Source: Escherichia coli (lineage in GTDB: Bacteria > Pseudomonadota > Gammaproteobacteria > Enterobacterales > Enterobacteriaceae). From it: a DNA stretch of 64,000 nucleotides. Shown in pieces: positions 1 to 11,537 of this stretch. The stretch lies in assembly GCF_013315695.1 (NCBI RefSeq), contig NZ_CP054353.1; one strand, 5' to 3'. The notes beneath the pieces were generated by a model, which saw only the letters and a program-made list of their open reading frames with translations, searched no databases and had not been told where the DNA came from. Numbering within the stretch: the stretch's first letter is position 1; every line of letters begins with the position of its first letter. Made by a program: the position numbers and the translations under genes.

Positions 1-1
1 A

Positions 2-280
2 AAAACGCTCCACTCGCTGGCGCATGGGGCAGGGCGTAAATGGGGGCGCACCGAGTGTAAAGGGCGTCTGGCAGCGAAATACACGGCGACGCAACTCTCG
101 CGTACTGAACTTGGCAGTCGGGTAATTTGTCGCGATAAACAACTCATCTTTGAAGAAGCGCCACAAGCCTATAAATCGGCTGAAAGCGTGGTGCAATGTC
201 TGGTGCAGGCCGGTTTAATTATTCCTGTCGCGCGGCTGCGTCCGGTGCTAACGCTCAAAAACAATGGAGAAAAAGGATGA
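2..280 (+). CDS. RtcB-family RNA ligase, C-terminal part (5' end outside the window)
   Basis: The frame starting at base 2 is open from the window edge to TGA 278..280. It reads [23 protein letters not shown]..., which looks like an RtcB C-terminus. Its stop overlaps the prfH start (ATGA 277..280). Confidence 0.7.
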   Translation, partial: KTLHSLAHGAGRKWGRTECKGRLAAKYTATQLSRTELGSRVICRDKQLIFEEAPQAYKSAESVVQCLVQAGLIIPVARLRPVLTLKNNGEKG

Positions 281-891
281 TCTTGCTACAACTCTCCTCA
301 GCTCAGGGGCCGGAAGAATGTTGCCTGGCAGTGAAAAAGGCGCTGGACAGGTTGATTAAAGAAGCTACCCGACAAGACGTCGCGGTAACGGTGCTGGAAA
401 CAGAAACGGGTCGCTACTCTGACACACTGCGTTCGGCGCTGATTTCTCTGGATGGCGATAACGCATGGGCTCTAAGCGAAAGCTGGTGTGGCACTATCCA
501 GTGGATTTGTCCGAGTCCGTATCGGCCTCATCATGGGCGCAAAAACTGGTTTCTGGGCATTGGGCGTTTTACCGCTGATGAGCAGGAACAATCCGACGCG
601 ATCCGTTATGAGACGCTGCGTTCGTCGGGGCCGGGCGGTCAACATGTCAATAATACCGACTCGGCGGTACGCGCCACGCATCTGGCATCCGGTATTAGCG
701 TGAAGGTTCAGTCAGAGCGCAGTCAGCATGCTAACAAACGGCTGGCGCGATTACTGATTGCCTGGAAGCTGGAACAACAGCAACAGGAAAATAGCGCGGC
801 GCTGAAATCGCAGCGGCGAATGTTCCATCACCAGATTGAACGTGGCAACCCGAGACGGACATTTACAGGGATGGCTTTTATCGAAGGATAA
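277..891 (+). CDS. prfH: Peptide chain release factor homolog PrfH, full length
   Basis: ORF track 196..891. I place the start at ATG 277 ([16 protein letters not shown]), which follows GGAGAAAAAGG. The GGQ motif is present ([10 protein letters not shown]). Confidence 0.85.
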   Translation: MILLQLSSAQGPEECCLAVKKALDRLIKEATRQDVAVTVLETETGRYSDTLRSALISLDGDNAWALSESWCGTIQWICPSPYRPHHGRKNWFLGIGRFTADEQEQSDAIRYETLRSSGPGGQHVNNTDSAVRATHLASGISVKVQSERSQHANKRLARLLIAWKLEQQQQENSAALKSQRRMFHHQIERGNPRRTFTGMAFIEG

Positions 892-903
892 TGAAGGATG
901 AAA

Positions 904-935
904 CTGCCGGAAGGCGATTAAACGCCATCCGGCAG
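904..935. terminator. Hairpin between convergent prfH and pepD
   Basis: ctgccgg (904..910) pairs with ccggcag (929..935). An inner ggcg/cgcc pair is also present. Confidence 0.4.
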
Positions 936-947
936 CAAATCAAATAA

Positions 948-2405
948 TTACTTCGCCGGAATTTCTTTCAGCAGTTCAGTCAGCAGTGTCCAGTAATGAC
1001 CTACGCTTTCGATATGAACTTGCTCATCCGGAGAGTGTGGACCGGTAATGGTTGGCCCGATAGAAACCATGTCCATTTCCGGATACGGTTTTTTGAACAG
1101 ACCACATTCCAGGCCCGCGTGAATAATCTGGATGTTCGGCGTCTTGTTGAACAGGCGCTGATAGGTTTCACGTACCAGATGCATCACCGGAGAATTAGCG
1201 TCCGGCTGCCAGCCAGGATATGCGCCTTTCGCTTCGGTTTTCGCGCCAGCCAGTTTACCCAGAGAATCCAGCATGCTCACCACGTAGTCTTTACCGCTGT
1301 CGATCAGAGAACGGATCAGGCAGTGAATTTCTACGTTATTGTCAGTCATGGTCACCACACCCACGTTCAGGGAGGTTTCGACCACGCCTTTTGCCACGTC
1401 GGAGTTGCGGATCACACCGTTCGGGGTGGCGTTCAGCAGACGAATAAAGGTATCGCGAGATTTCGCAATCAGGGCAGCTTTATCGTTCGCAACAGAGTCC
1501 AGCAGCAATGCCAGATTTTTCTCTTTCTCTGCCAGCTCGTTTTTCAGGATCTCCTGATAGGTATTCACCAGAGATTTCAGTGCGTCGACTTTATCAGCTG
1601 CGACAGCAATCGTCGCAAAGGCTTCACGCGGGATGGCGTTACGCAGTGTGCCACCGTTGAAATCGATAAGGCGCAGGTCCAGCTCTTCCGCATGACCCGC
1701 CAGGAAGCGCACCAGCAGTTTGTTGGCATTACCCAGGCCAACGTGGATTTCACCGCCGGAGTGACCGCCTTTCAGACCTTTTAAGGTTAACTTGAAGGTT
1801 TCAAAACCAGCTGGAACCGCTTCACGATCTAAATGCAGGTTGGAGGTGAAGTCGATACCCCCCGCACAACCCATGTAGATTTCACCTTCTTCTTCGGAGT
1901 CGGTGTTAATCAGAATATCAGCCTGCAACCAGTTGCTCTGTAAGCCAAAAGCACCGTCCATACCGGCTTCTTCGGTCATGGTCAGCAGCACTTCCAGCGG
2001 GCCGTGAACCACGTTTTCGTCAGCCAGAACCGCCAGTGCAGAGGCCATACCAATGCCGTTATCCGCACCCAGCGTGGTGCCGCGCGCTTTAACCCATTCG
2101 CCATCAATATAAGGCTGGATAGGATCTTTCGTGAAGTCATGCACGGTGTCGTTATTTTTCTGCGGCACCATATCGAGGTGGGCCTGCAAGACGACCGGTT
2201 TACGATTTTCCATACCTGCGGTGGCAGGTTTACGAATCAGGATATTACCCACCTGATCGCGTTCGACATGGAAACCTTTCTCTTTTGCCCAACCAACAAT
2301 GTATTCAGCGAGTTGCTCTTCATGATAGGACGGGTGAGGAATAGAACAGATTTTGGCAAAAATATCCCACAGCGGCTGTGGAGATAATTGAGACAGTTCA
2401 GACAC
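948..2405 (-). CDS. pepD: Aminoacyl-histidine dipeptidase (peptidase D, M20 family)
   Basis: 485-aa ORF starting MSELSQLSPQPLWDIFAKICSIPHPS. Recognised as E. coli PepD, in the expected position next to gpt. Confidence 0.97.
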   Translation of the reverse strand: MSELSQLSPQPLWDIFAKICSIPHPSYHEEQLAEYIVGWAKEKGFHVERDQVGNILIRKPATAGMENRKPVVLQAHLDMVPQKNNDTVHDFTKDPIQPYIDGEWVKARGTTLGADNGIGMASALAVLADENVVHGPLEVLLTMTEEAGMDGAFGLQSNWLQADILINTDSEEEGEIYMGCAGGIDFTSNLHLDREAVPAGFETFKLTLKGLKGGHSGGEIHVGLGNANKLLVRFLAGHAEELDLRLIDFNGGTLRNAIPREAFATIAVAADKVDALKSLVNTYQEILKNELAEKEKNLALLLDSVANDKAALIAKSRDTFIRLLNATPNGVIRNSDVAKGVVETSLNVGVVTMTDNNVEIHCLIRSLIDSGKDYVVSMLDSLGKLAGAKTEAKGAYPGWQPDANSPVMHLVRETYQRLFNKTPNIQIIHAGLECGLFKKPYPEMDMVSIGPTITGPHSPDEQVHIESVGHYWTLLTELLKEIPAK

Positions 2406-2665
2406 GTTAAGTCTCCTTGTCGATCACCCGCAAAACAGTATTGCAGGTCACAGGGTTAGCAGAAAATGTTGTCAACACAAGACAGGCTTGCGAGATATGT
2501 TTGAGAATACCACTTTATCCCGCGTCAGGGAGAGGCAGTGCGTAAAAAGACGCGGACTCATGTGAAATACTGGTTTTTAGTGCGCCAGATCTCTATAATC
2601 TCGCGCAACCTATTTTCCCCTCGAACACTTTTTAAGCCGTAGATAAACAGGCTGGGACACTTCAC

Positions 2666-3124
2666 ATGAGCGAAAAATACATCGTCACCTGGGACATGTT
2701 GCAGATCCATGCACGTAAACTCGCAAGCCGACTGATGCCTTCTGAACAATGGAAAGGCATTATTGCCGTAAGCCGTGGCGGTCTGGTACCGGGTGCGTTA
2801 CTGGCGCGTGAACTGGGTATTCGTCATGTCGATACCGTTTGTATTTCCAGCTACGATCACGACAACCAGCGCGAGCTTAAAGTGCTGAAACGCGCAGAAG
2901 GCGATGGCGAAGGCTTCATCGTTATTGATGACCTGGTGGATACCGGTGGTACTGCGGTTGCGATTCGTGAAATGTATCCAAAAGCGCACTTTGTCACCAT
3001 CTTCGCAAAACCGGCTGGTCGTCCGCTGGTTGATGACTATGTTGTTGATATCCCGCAAGATACCTGGATTGAACAGCCGTGGGATATGGGCGTCGTATTC
3101 GTCCCGCCAATCTCCGGTCGCTAA
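2666..3124 (+). CDS. gpt: Xanthine-guanine phosphoribosyltransferase
   Basis: 152-aa ORF starting [23 protein letters not shown]. The PRPP-binding motif [11 protein letters not shown] is present. Confidence 0.97.
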
Positions 3125-3131
3125 TCTTTTC

Positions 3132-3163
3132 AACGCCTGGCACTGCCGGGCGTTGTTCTTTTT
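3132..3163 (+). terminator. Rho-independent terminator after gpt
   Basis: aacgcc (3132..3137) pairs with ggcgtt (3149..3154). A T-rich run extends to 3163. Confidence 0.5.
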
Positions 3164-3215
3164 AACTTCAGGCGGGTTACAATAGTTTCCAGTAAGTATT
3201 CTGGAGGCTGCATCC

Positions 3216-4460
3216 ATGACACAGGCAAACCTGAGCGAAACCCTGTTCAAACCCCGCTTTAAACATCCTGAAACCTCGACGCTAGTCCGCCGCTTTAATC
3301 ACGGCGCACAACCGCCTGTGCAGTCGGCCCTTGATGGTAAAACCATCCCTCACTGGTATCGCATGATTAACCGTCTGATGTGGATCTGGCGCGGCATTGA
3401 CCCACGTGAAATCCTCGACGTCCAGGCGCGTATTGTGATGAGCGATGCCGAACGTACCGACGATGATTTATACGATACGGTGATTGGCTACCGCGGCGGC
3501 AACTGGATTTATGAGTGGGCTACCCAGGCGATGGTGTGGCAACAAAAAGCCTGTGCGGAAGAAGATCCGCAACTCAGCGGTCGACACTGGCTGCATGCGG
3601 CTACGTTGTACAACATTGCTGCCTATCCTCATCTGAAAGGAGATGACCTGGCCGAGCAAGCGCAGGCTTTGTCAAACCGCGCCTATGAAGAGGCCGCTCA
3701 GCGTCTGCCGGGCACGATGCGGCAGATGGAGTTTACCGTACCCGGCGGTGCGCCCATCACCGGCTTTTTGCATATGCCGAAAGGTGATGGCCCGTTCCCG
3801 ACAGTATTAATGTGTGGTGGTCTGGATGCGATGCAGACGGACTATTACAGCCTGTATGAACGTTATTTTGCGCCGCGCGGCATTGCGATGCTGACTATTG
3901 ATATGCCGTCGGTGGGCTTTTCTTCAAAATGGAAGCTCACCCAGGACTCCAGCCTGTTGCATCAGCACGTCTTAAAGGCGCTGCCTAACGTACCGTGGGT
4001 AGATCACACTCGCGTCGCGGCCTTTGGTTTCCGTTTCGGCGCTAACGTTGCCGTGCGTCTGGCATACCTTGAATCGCCGCGTCTGAAAGCGGTTGCCTGT
4101 CTTGGTCCGGTAGTTCATACCCTGTTGAGTGATTTTAAGTGCCAGCAACAGGTGCCGGAAATGTATCTTGACGTTCTGGCGAGCCGTTTGGGGATGCATG
4201 ATGCTTCCGACGAAGCGTTGCGCGTGGAGCTGAATCGCTATTCATTAAAAGTGCAAGGATTGCTGGGACGTCGCTGCCCAACGCCAATGTTATCAGGCTA
4301 CTGGAAGAACGATCCGTTCAGCCCGGAAGAGGACTCACGCTTAATCACCTCATCATCTGCTGACGGTAAATTGTTAGAGATCCCATTTAACCCGGTGTAT
4401 CGGAATTTTGACAAAGGTCTTCAGGAAATCACCGACTGGATCGAAAAACGATTGTGTTAA
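3216..4460 (+). CDS. frsA: Fermentation/respiration switch protein, alpha/beta hydrolase
   Basis: 414-aa ORF starting [27 protein letters not shown]. Recognised as FrsA, with conserved synteny. Confidence 0.95.
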
Positions 4461-4919
<459 letters not shown>

Positions 4920-4927
4920 GTGAAATG

Positions 4928-4950
4928 TGCCGGATGCATCACATCCGGCA
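4928..4950. terminator. Hairpin shared by convergent crl and phoE
   Basis: tgccggatg (4928..4936) pairs with catccggca (4942..4950). Confidence 0.5.
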
Positions 4951-4957
4951 ATATCCA

Positions 4958-6013
4958 TTAAAACTGATAGGTCATGCCAACCGCGACAATATCATCATTA
5001 TTGATGTTCAGCTTATTATCGCTATCCAGTTGGTTTATTTTATAATCAACAAATGCCGACATATTTTTGTTGAAATAATACGTAGCACCAACATCGATAT
5101 AATTGACCAGATCTTCATCACCGATGCCTTCAATATCTTTCCCTTTCGATAAGACATAACCCAGCGACGGACGCAGACCAAAGTCAAACTGGTATTGGGC
5201 GACCGCTTCAAAGTTCTGTGTCTTATTGGCAAAGCCGCCAGTTATTGGCGTCATTTTGCGTGTTTCAGAATAGAAAGTTGCCAGATAAATATTATTGGCA
5301 TCGTATTTCAGACCTGTTGCCCATGCTTCTGCACGCTTGCCTGTGCCACGGCTTTGCAGGTTCTGCTCGTTGGTGCGATCAGAGTTGGTATAGGCTCCAC
5401 TGATGGCGAAATCGCTGCCACCAAAGTCATATGTCAATGACGTGCCGAAGCCATCGCCGTTTTGCTTTTTAACGTCGCGGTTTTCGTTTTTCCCTTGATA
5501 TTGCAGGGTTAAGTTCAGACCATCGATAACGCCGAAGAAGTCGGTGTTCCTATACGTCGCCAGACCGCTGGCACGTTTGGTCATAAAGTTGTCGGTCTGT
5601 GCGGAGGAGTCGCCACCAAACTCCGGGAACATATCGGTCCAGGCTTCCACGTCATACAGCGCGCCCAGGTTACGACCATAATCGAAAGAACCCAAATCTT
5701 TATATTTCAACCCGGCAAAAGCGAGACGCGTTTTTTGCTGTGCAGTATCACTCTCCGCTTTATTACCGGCAAACTCTGCTTCCCACCGACCATAACCCGT
5801 CAGTTGATCGTTAATTTGTGTTTCGCCTTTAAAACCAAAACGGATATAACTTTGGTCGCCATCTTTACTGTCATTATCGCTCATATAATGCATGGCTTTA
5901 ACTTTGCCATAGACATCCAGTTTATTACCGTCTTTGTTATATATTTCTGCGGCCTGTACGGATGCCGATGCCACAATGCCCATCACCACTAATGCCAGAG
6001 TGCTCTTTTTCAT
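4958..6013 (-). CDS. phoE: Phosphoporin PhoE (outer membrane porin)
   Basis: ORF track 4958..6019. I start at the second Met ([21 protein letters not shown] signal peptide). The C-terminus ends in the porin-type ...MTYQF. Confidence 0.95.
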   Translation of the reverse strand: MKKSTLALVVMGIVASASVQAAEIYNKDGNKLDVYGKVKAMHYMSDNDSKDGDQSYIRFGFKGETQINDQLTGYGRWEAEFAGNKAESDTAQQKTRLAFAGLKYKDLGSFDYGRNLGALYDVEAWTDMFPEFGGDSSAQTDNFMTKRASGLATYRNTDFFGVIDGLNLTLQYQGKNENRDVKKQNGDGFGTSLTYDFGGSDFAISGAYTNSDRTNEQNLQSRGTGKRAEAWATGLKYDANNIYLATFYSETRKMTPITGGFANKTQNFEAVAQYQFDFGLRPSLGYVLSKGKDIEGIGDEDLVNYIDVGATYYFNKNMSAFVDYKINQLDSDNKLNINNDDIVAVGMTYQF

Positions 6014-6300
6014 TTTCATTCCTGATTTTAATTAACGCGCGAATATTCAGCGGGAGAGCCCCGTTGAAAACAGGAAAGTTTTTAACCTGAGATTGTTAAA
6101 GATATATTACAGATTAATGATATTCTTAAAATGTGGTAATTTATTAAATCTGTAATAAAAGCGTAAACAACTGCCGCTACGCTTGCTGATCCCGCGCAAC
6201 AAAACGCCATGCTTTGCTTGCAGATGGTTGGCAACCGACGACAGTCCTGCTAAAACGTTCGTTTGATATCATTTTTCCTAAAATTGAATGGCAGAGAATC

Positions 6301-7404
6301 ATGAGTGACAGCCAGACGCTGGTGGTAAAACTCGGCACCAGTGTGCTAACAGGCGGATCGCGCCGCCTGAACCGTGCCCATATCGTTGAACTTGTTCGCC
6401 AGTGCGCGCAGTTACATGCCGCCGGGCATCGGATTGTTATTGTGACGTCGGGCGCGATCGCCGCCGGACGTGAGCACCTGGGTTACCCGGAACTGCCAGC
6501 GACTATCGCCTCGAAACAACTGCTGGCGGCGGTAGGGCAGAGTCGACTGATTCAACTGTGGGAACAGCTGTTTTCGATTTATGGCATTCACGTCGGGCAA
6601 ATGCTGCTGACCCGTGCTGATATGGAAGATCGTGAACGCTTCCTGAACGCCCGCGACACCCTGCGTGCGTTGCTCGATAACAATATCGTTCCGGTAATCA
6701 ATGAGAACGATGCTGTTGCTACGGCAGAGATTAAGGTCGGCGATAACGACAATCTTTCTGCGCTGGCGGCGATTCTGGCGGGTGCCGATAAACTGTTGCT
6801 GCTGACCGATCAAAAAGGTTTGTATACCGCTGACCCGCGCAGCAATCCGCAGGCAGAACTGATTAAAGATGTTTACGGCATTGATGACGCACTGCGCGCG
6901 ATTGCCGGTGACAGCGTTTCAGGCCTCGGAACTGGCGGCATGAGTACCAAATTGCAGGCCGCAGACGTGGCTTGCCGTGCGGGTATCGACACCATTATTG
7001 CCGCGGGCAGCAAGCCGGGCGTTATTGGTGATGTGATGGAAGGCATCTCCGTCGGTACGTTGTTCCATGCCCAGGCGACTCCGCTTGAAAACCGCAAACG
7101 CTGGATTTTCGGTGCGCCGCCGGCGGGGGAAATCACGGTAGATGAAGGGGCAACCGCCGCCATTCTTGAACGCGGCAGCTCCCTGTTGCCGAAAGGCATT
7201 AAAAGCGTGACTGGCAACTTCTCGCGTGGTGAAGTCATCCGCATTTGCAACCTCGAAGGTCGCGATATCGCCCACGGCGTCAGTCGTTACAACAGCGATG
7301 CATTACGCCGTATTGCCGGACACCACTCGCAAGAAATTGATGCAATACTGGGATATGAATACGGCCCGGTTGCCGTTCACCGTGATGACATGATTACCCG
7401 TTAA
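6301..7404 (+). CDS. proB: Glutamate 5-kinase
   Basis: ORF track 6214..7404. The canonical start [16 protein letters not shown] is at ATG 6301. Confidence 0.95.
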
Positions 7405-7415
7405 GGAGCTGGCCG

Positions 7416-8669
7416 ATGCTGGAACAAATGGGCATTGCCGCGAAGCAAGCCTCTTATAAATTAGCGCAACTCTCCAGCCGCGAAAAAAATCGTGTGCTGG
7501 AAAAAATCGCCGATGAACTGGAAGCACAAAGCGAAATCATCCTCAACGCTAACGCCCAGGATGTTGCTGACGCGCGTGCCAATGGCCTTAGCGAAGCGAT
7601 GCTTGACCGTCTGGCACTGACGCCCGCACGGCTGAAAGGCATTGCCGACGATGTGCGCCAGGTGTGCAATCTCGCCGATCCGGTGGGGCGGGTAATCGAT
7701 GGCGGCGTACTGGACAGTGGCCTGCGTCTGGAGCGTCGTCGCGTACCGCTGGGGGTTATTGGCGTGATTTATGAAGCGCGCCCGAACGTGACGGTTGATG
7801 TCGCTTCGCTGTGCCTGAAAACAGGTAACGCAGTGATCCTGCGCGGCGGCAAAGAAACCTGTCGCACTAACGCTGCAACGGTAGCGGTGATTCAGGACGC
7901 CCTGAAATCCTGCGATTTACCGGCAGGCGCAGTACAGGCGATTGATAATCCTGACCGCGCGCTGGTCAGTGAAATGCTGCGTATGGATAAATACATCGAC
8001 ATGCTGATCCCGCGCGGCGGGGCTGGTTTGCATAAACTGTGCCGCGAACAGTCGACAATCCCGGTGATCACTGGTGGTATAGGCGTATGCCATATTTACG
8101 TTGATGAAAGCGCAGAGATCGCTGAAGCATTAAAAGTGATCGTCAACGCGAAAACTCAGCGACCGAGCACATGTAATACGGTAGAAACCTTGCTGGTAAA
8201 TAAAAACATCGCCGATAGCTTCCTGTCCGCATTAAGCAAGCAAATGGCGGAAAGCGGCGTGACGTTACACGCAGATGCTGCTGCGCTGGCGCAGTTGCAG
8301 ACAGGCCCCGCGAAGGTGGTGGCGGTTAAAGCCGAAGAGTATGACGATGAGTTTCTGTCATTAGATTTGAACGTCAAAATCGTCAGCGATCTTGACGATG
8401 CCATCGCCCATATTCGTGAACACGGCACGCAACACTCCGATGCGATCCTGACCCGCGATATGCGCAACGCCCAGCGTTTTGTTAACGAAGTGGATTCGTC
8501 CGCTGTTTACGTTAACGCCTCTACGCGTTTTACCGACGGCGGCCAGTTTGGTCTGGGAGCGGAAGTGGCGGTAAGCACACAAAAACTCCACGCGCGTGGC
8601 CCGATGGGCCTGGAAGCACTGACCACTTACAAGTGGATCGGCATCGGTGATTACACCATTCGTGCGTAA
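7416..8669 (+). CDS. proA: Gamma-glutamyl phosphate reductase
   Basis: 417-aa ORF starting [25 protein letters not shown], immediately downstream of proB. Confidence 0.97.
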   Translation: MLEQMGIAAKQASYKLAQLSSREKNRVLEKIADELEAQSEIILNANAQDVADARANGLSEAMLDRLALTPARLKGIADDVRQVCNLADPVGRVIDGGVLDSGLRLERRRVPLGVIGVIYEARPNVTVDVASLCLKTGNAVILRGGKETCRTNAATVAVIQDALKSCDLPAGAVQAIDNPDRALVSEMLRMDKYIDMLIPRGGAGLHKLCREQSTIPVITGGIGVCHIYVDESAEIAEALKVIVNAKTQRPSTCNTVETLLVNKNIADSFLSALSKQMAESGVTLHADAAALAQLQTGPAKVVAVKAEEYDDEFLSLDLNVKIVSDLDDAIAHIREHGTQHSDAILTRDMRNAQRFVNEVDSSAVYVNASTRFTDGGQFGLGAEVAVSTQKLHARGPMGLEALTTYKWIGIGDYTIRA

Positions 8670-8783
8670 ATAAAACCGGGTGATGCAAAAGTAGCCATTT
8701 GATTCACAAGGCCATTGACGCATCGCCCGGTTAGTTTTAACCTTGTCCACCGTGATTCACGTTCGTGAACATGTCCTTTCAGG

Positions 8784-8859
8784 GCCGATATAGCTCAGTT
8801 GGTAGAGCAGCGCATTCGTAATGCGAAGGTCGTAGGTTCGACTCCTATTATCGGCACCA
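8784..8859 (+). tRNA. thrW: tRNA-Thr (anticodon CGU)
   Basis: 76 nt, gccgatatagctcagttggtagagcagcgcattCGTaatgcgaaggtcgtaggttcgactcctattatcggcacca. It folds as a cloverleaf with an encoded CCA end, downstream of proA as in E. coli. Confidence 0.95.
8841..8859 (+). other. attL core (thrW 3' end, actcctattatcggcacca)
   Basis: Near-identical copies occur in inverted orientation at 32590..32608 (18 of 19 nt) and, degenerate, at 39506..39523. Confidence 0.75.
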
Positions 8860-8971
8860 TTCAAACATCTCCCCAAGTCTACTAAAGTCTTTCAAAACCC
8901 CTTATAATCCGCGTATTAAAGCCCCGTTCGTCTTTTGACGTCTACTAAAGTCCCTCAAAATCTACGGTCAG

Positions 8972-8993
8972 ATGGGGGTACTTATGGGGGTAT
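8972..8993 (+). repeat. Putative integrase arm-type site (atgggggtacttatgggggtat)
   Basis: The inverse complement recurs with 21 of 22 identity at 39583..39604, about 60 nt from the degenerate att copy. A third half-site, gtaccccca, lies at 9015..9023. Two copies of gtctactaaagtc sit upstream at about 8877 and 8941. Confidence 0.55.
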
Positions 8994-9024
8994 TTGCTGT
9001 TCGGTTTAGTGGAGGTACCCCCAA

Positions 9025-10239
9025 GTGAAACTCAATGCCCGTCAAATAGACACAGCCAAGCCAAAAGAGAAGGCTTACAAGCTGGCCGATGGTGGCGGTT
9101 TGTATCTCTTGGTAAAACCTAATGGAGGTAAATACTGGCGACTTAAATATCGTGTAGCTGGTAAAGAGAAGCTATTGGCACTAGGTGTTTATCCTGAGGT
9201 TACTCTAGCCGATGCTCGGGCAAAACGTGAAGATGCGAAAAGAGGTATCGCTGGTGGTATCGAACCGATGGAAGCGAAACGAGAGGAAAAGATTGCCCGG
9301 GAAACGCAGTTAAACAACACCTTCAAAGATATTGCCCTTGAGTGGCACAGCAGCAAATTAAAAAAATGGTCTGCTGGTTATGCTTCAGACATCCTCGAAG
9401 CCTTCAACAAAGATGTGTTCCCTTACATTGGCAAAAAACCCATCGCCGAAATCAAACCACTTGAACTTCTGAATGTGCTGCGTCGCATCGAGGGGCGCGG
9501 TGCTACAGAAAAAGCCAAAAAAGTGAGGCAACGGTGCGGGGAAGTTTTCCGCTATGCAATAGTCACTGGTCGCGCAGAGTATAACCCTGCACCAGACCTT
9601 ACTAGCGCGATGCAAGGCCATGAATCTAATCATTACCCTTTCCTTACAGCCAAAGAATTACCTGATTTTTTCAAGGCATTGTCCAGTTACTCAGGAAGCG
9701 CATTGGTTGTTATGGCGGCTCGTCTACTGATTATCACCGGCTTGCGGACTGGCGAACTACGTGGCGCATTATGGGATGAAATTGATTTCAACAAGGCTAT
9801 CTGGGAGATACCCGCTTCACGTATGAAAATGCGGCGGCCTCATATTGTGCCATTGTCTGAGCAGGCTCTTTCGCTTATTGGGAAGATTAGAGAAATAACA
9901 GGCAATTACCCTCTTATGTTTCCCGGGCGCAATGATCCAAGGAAAACAATGAGCGAGGCCAGCATAAACCAAGTGTTTAAGCGCATTGGCTACGCTGGAC
10001 GTGTAACTGGTCATGGGTTCCGGCACACTATGAGTACGATTTTGCATGAGCAGGGCTATAACACTGCGTGGATAGAAACGCAGCTCGCTCACGTTGATAA
10101 GAACTCAATTCGTGGCACATACAACCATGCGCAATATCTGGATGGAAGGCGGGAGATGCTTCAATGGTATGCCGACTATATGGATTCTCTCGAGCATGGC
10201 GGAAATGTGGTGCATATGGTGTTTGAAAAACACGCATGA
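9025..10239 (+). CDS. Tyrosine recombinase, P4-family integrase
   Basis: 404-aa ORF with a GTG start. The N-terminus MKLNARQIDTAKPKEKAYKLADGGGLYLLVKPNGGKYWRLKYR is typical of P4-like integrases. The C-terminus has HGFRHT and a conserved Tyr region. It sits directly next to the tRNA. Confidence 0.9.
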   Translation: MKLNARQIDTAKPKEKAYKLADGGGLYLLVKPNGGKYWRLKYRVAGKEKLLALGVYPEVTLADARAKREDAKRGIAGGIEPMEAKREEKIARETQLNNTFKDIALEWHSSKLKKWSAGYASDILEAFNKDVFPYIGKKPIAEIKPLELLNVLRRIEGRGATEKAKKVRQRCGEVFRYAIVTGRAEYNPAPDLTSAMQGHESNHYPFLTAKELPDFFKALSSYSGSALVVMAARLLIITGLRTGELRGALWDEIDFNKAIWEIPASRMKMRRPHIVPLSEQALSLIGKIREITGNYPLMFPGRNDPRKTMSEASINQVFKRIGYAGRVTGHGFRHTMSTILHEQGYNTAWIETQLAHVDKNSIRGTYNHAQYLDGRREMLQWYADYMDSLEHGGNVVHMVFEKHA

Positions 10240-10491
10240 AACAACTGGACAAGTATACAGAGGTTTACTAAAGTATAAGGGAGTAGATTGATAAAAACTC
10301 ACAGAGGATTGCTATTTAACAGTTAGCCATGGAGAAGGGCAATCGCTCTTTTAACAACGAAGATGGAATCTTCTACGCAGCTGAAAAGCTGGATGCTCTT
10401 TAACAGCCTTTGGTGCTTTTCTGATGCAGGAAAGAATAGGGATACATGCACCTTTACAATGCATGTAATGATTCATCCATGAGGCTGCGGA

Positions 10492-10515
10492 GCGCTGACA
10501 AAGCGCAATTGCTCT
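10492..10515 (+). repeat. 24-nt exact direct repeat, copy 1 (gcgctgacaaagcgcaattgctct)
   Basis: Identical to 10605..10628. It lies in the int/alpA intergenic region. Confidence 0.8.
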
Positions 10516-10604
10516 TTAACATTGATGTGGGCGGGATGGTTCGTCCCGCAGTGACCGATAGATTTCTATCGGGAAACATACAATGATTCAAATATGAATC
10601 TACG

Positions 10605-10628
10605 GCGCTGACAAAGCGCAATTGCTCT
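10605..10628 (+). repeat. 24-nt exact direct repeat, copy 2
   Basis: Identical to 10492..10515, with 113 nt spacing. The two copies fall in different reading frames, so they are not coding repeats. Confidence 0.8.
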
Positions 10629-10890
10629 CTTGCCTGCCCACCATGCCCTGAAAAAGGGCGTTCTTTAAAACTACTGGATGTCACGCCTAATAGCGTGATC
10701 CTGCCGAAATGCAGGGTAGCTCTACCCTTGTGGAGCAAACAAACCAAAACAATCTGACTATCTTTTATAAAAGACCGCAATATGTTTTTCATATTGTGGT
10801 CTTTGGCGTATTCGACATTTGACGCAAATAAAACTCTCGCCATTCGTTGCAGGAGGGGGTTATTGCGTCATTAGTACAGGATATTAATAA

Positions 10891-11094
10891 ATGGCTAATT
10901 ACAATTCATTAATTCGTCTCTCTGAAGTTCAAAGGCGAACTGGTTATAGCAAAGCATGGATTTATCGTCTTATTAGTCAGGGGAGGTTCCCTAAACAGGT
11001 AAAAATTGGAAGTCGGGCAATTGCTTTTGTTGAGTCTGAAATAGATGAATGGATTGAGAAGTGTATATTAGAATCTAGAGACGAGGTGGCCTGA
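10891..11094 (+). CDS. AlpA-family (Xis/Vis-like HTH) regulator
   Basis: 67 aa, with ...IRLSEVQRRTGYSKAWIYRLISQGRFPKQVKIGSRAIAFVESEIDEWI, the AlpA/prophage CP4-57 regulatory pattern. Confidence 0.85.
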   Translation: MANYNSLIRLSEVQRRTGYSKAWIYRLISQGRFPKQVKIGSRAIAFVESEIDEWIEKCILESRDEVA

Positions 11095-11525
11095 TGGAAA
11101 AGAAAAACCGCCCATTACAGGCGGCTAATTCAGATATTCGTGTATCTGATGTTACGCCCCTTACAAAATCCCTTCAAGCACCAAAGCGCACACCGAAAAA
11201 GCATCGTGCCAGAGTCTATATGCTGCGTACTGGTATAGAGGGATGGACAGAAAATGACATTCTTCGCTACTGCCGTCTGTCTTCTGGTCGTAACTATGCA
11301 ACAGAGTTAGAACGCCAGCTTGGAATCACTCTGGAGCGTATCGACGAAAAGAATCCTGATGGTATCGGAACACACCTTCGCTACCGTTTCTCCTGCCGTG
11401 GTGATGTTCTGAAAGTGATCACTCATGTTAACCATCTTGCGAACATAAATGATCACAACGGACTTTCTCAGCAGGAAATTGCCGACATTCTGAAACTCTA
11501 CCCGGACGCGTTTAACGCCGCCTAA
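11094..11525 (+). CDS. Hypothetical protein (143 aa)
   Basis: Its start overlaps the alpA-like stop (TGATG). No family recognised. Confidence 0.55.
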   Translation: MEKKNRPLQAANSDIRVSDVTPLTKSLQAPKRTPKKHRARVYMLRTGIEGWTENDILRYCRLSSGRNYATELERQLGITLERIDEKNPDGIGTHLRYRFSCRGDVLKVITHVNHLANINDHNGLSQQEIADILKLYPDAFNAA

Positions 11526-11537
11526 CGGAGACTGAAA

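Noticed and set aside
996-1784. 262-aa plus-strand ORF, and several smaller ones, inside pepD
   Set aside because: It lies entirely antisense to the well-recognised pepD gene. Its composition is Arg/His/Gln-rich and typical of antisense frames. The same reasoning applies to the antisense ORFs within proB, proA, ecpC, eaeH, rclA, rclR and ykgF.
10454-10843. 129-aa minus-strand ORF between the integrase and the alpA-like gene
   Set aside because: It has no SD and an implausible sequence. It spans two exact 24-nt repeats that fall in different frames, along with several hairpins. I treat the region as non-coding.
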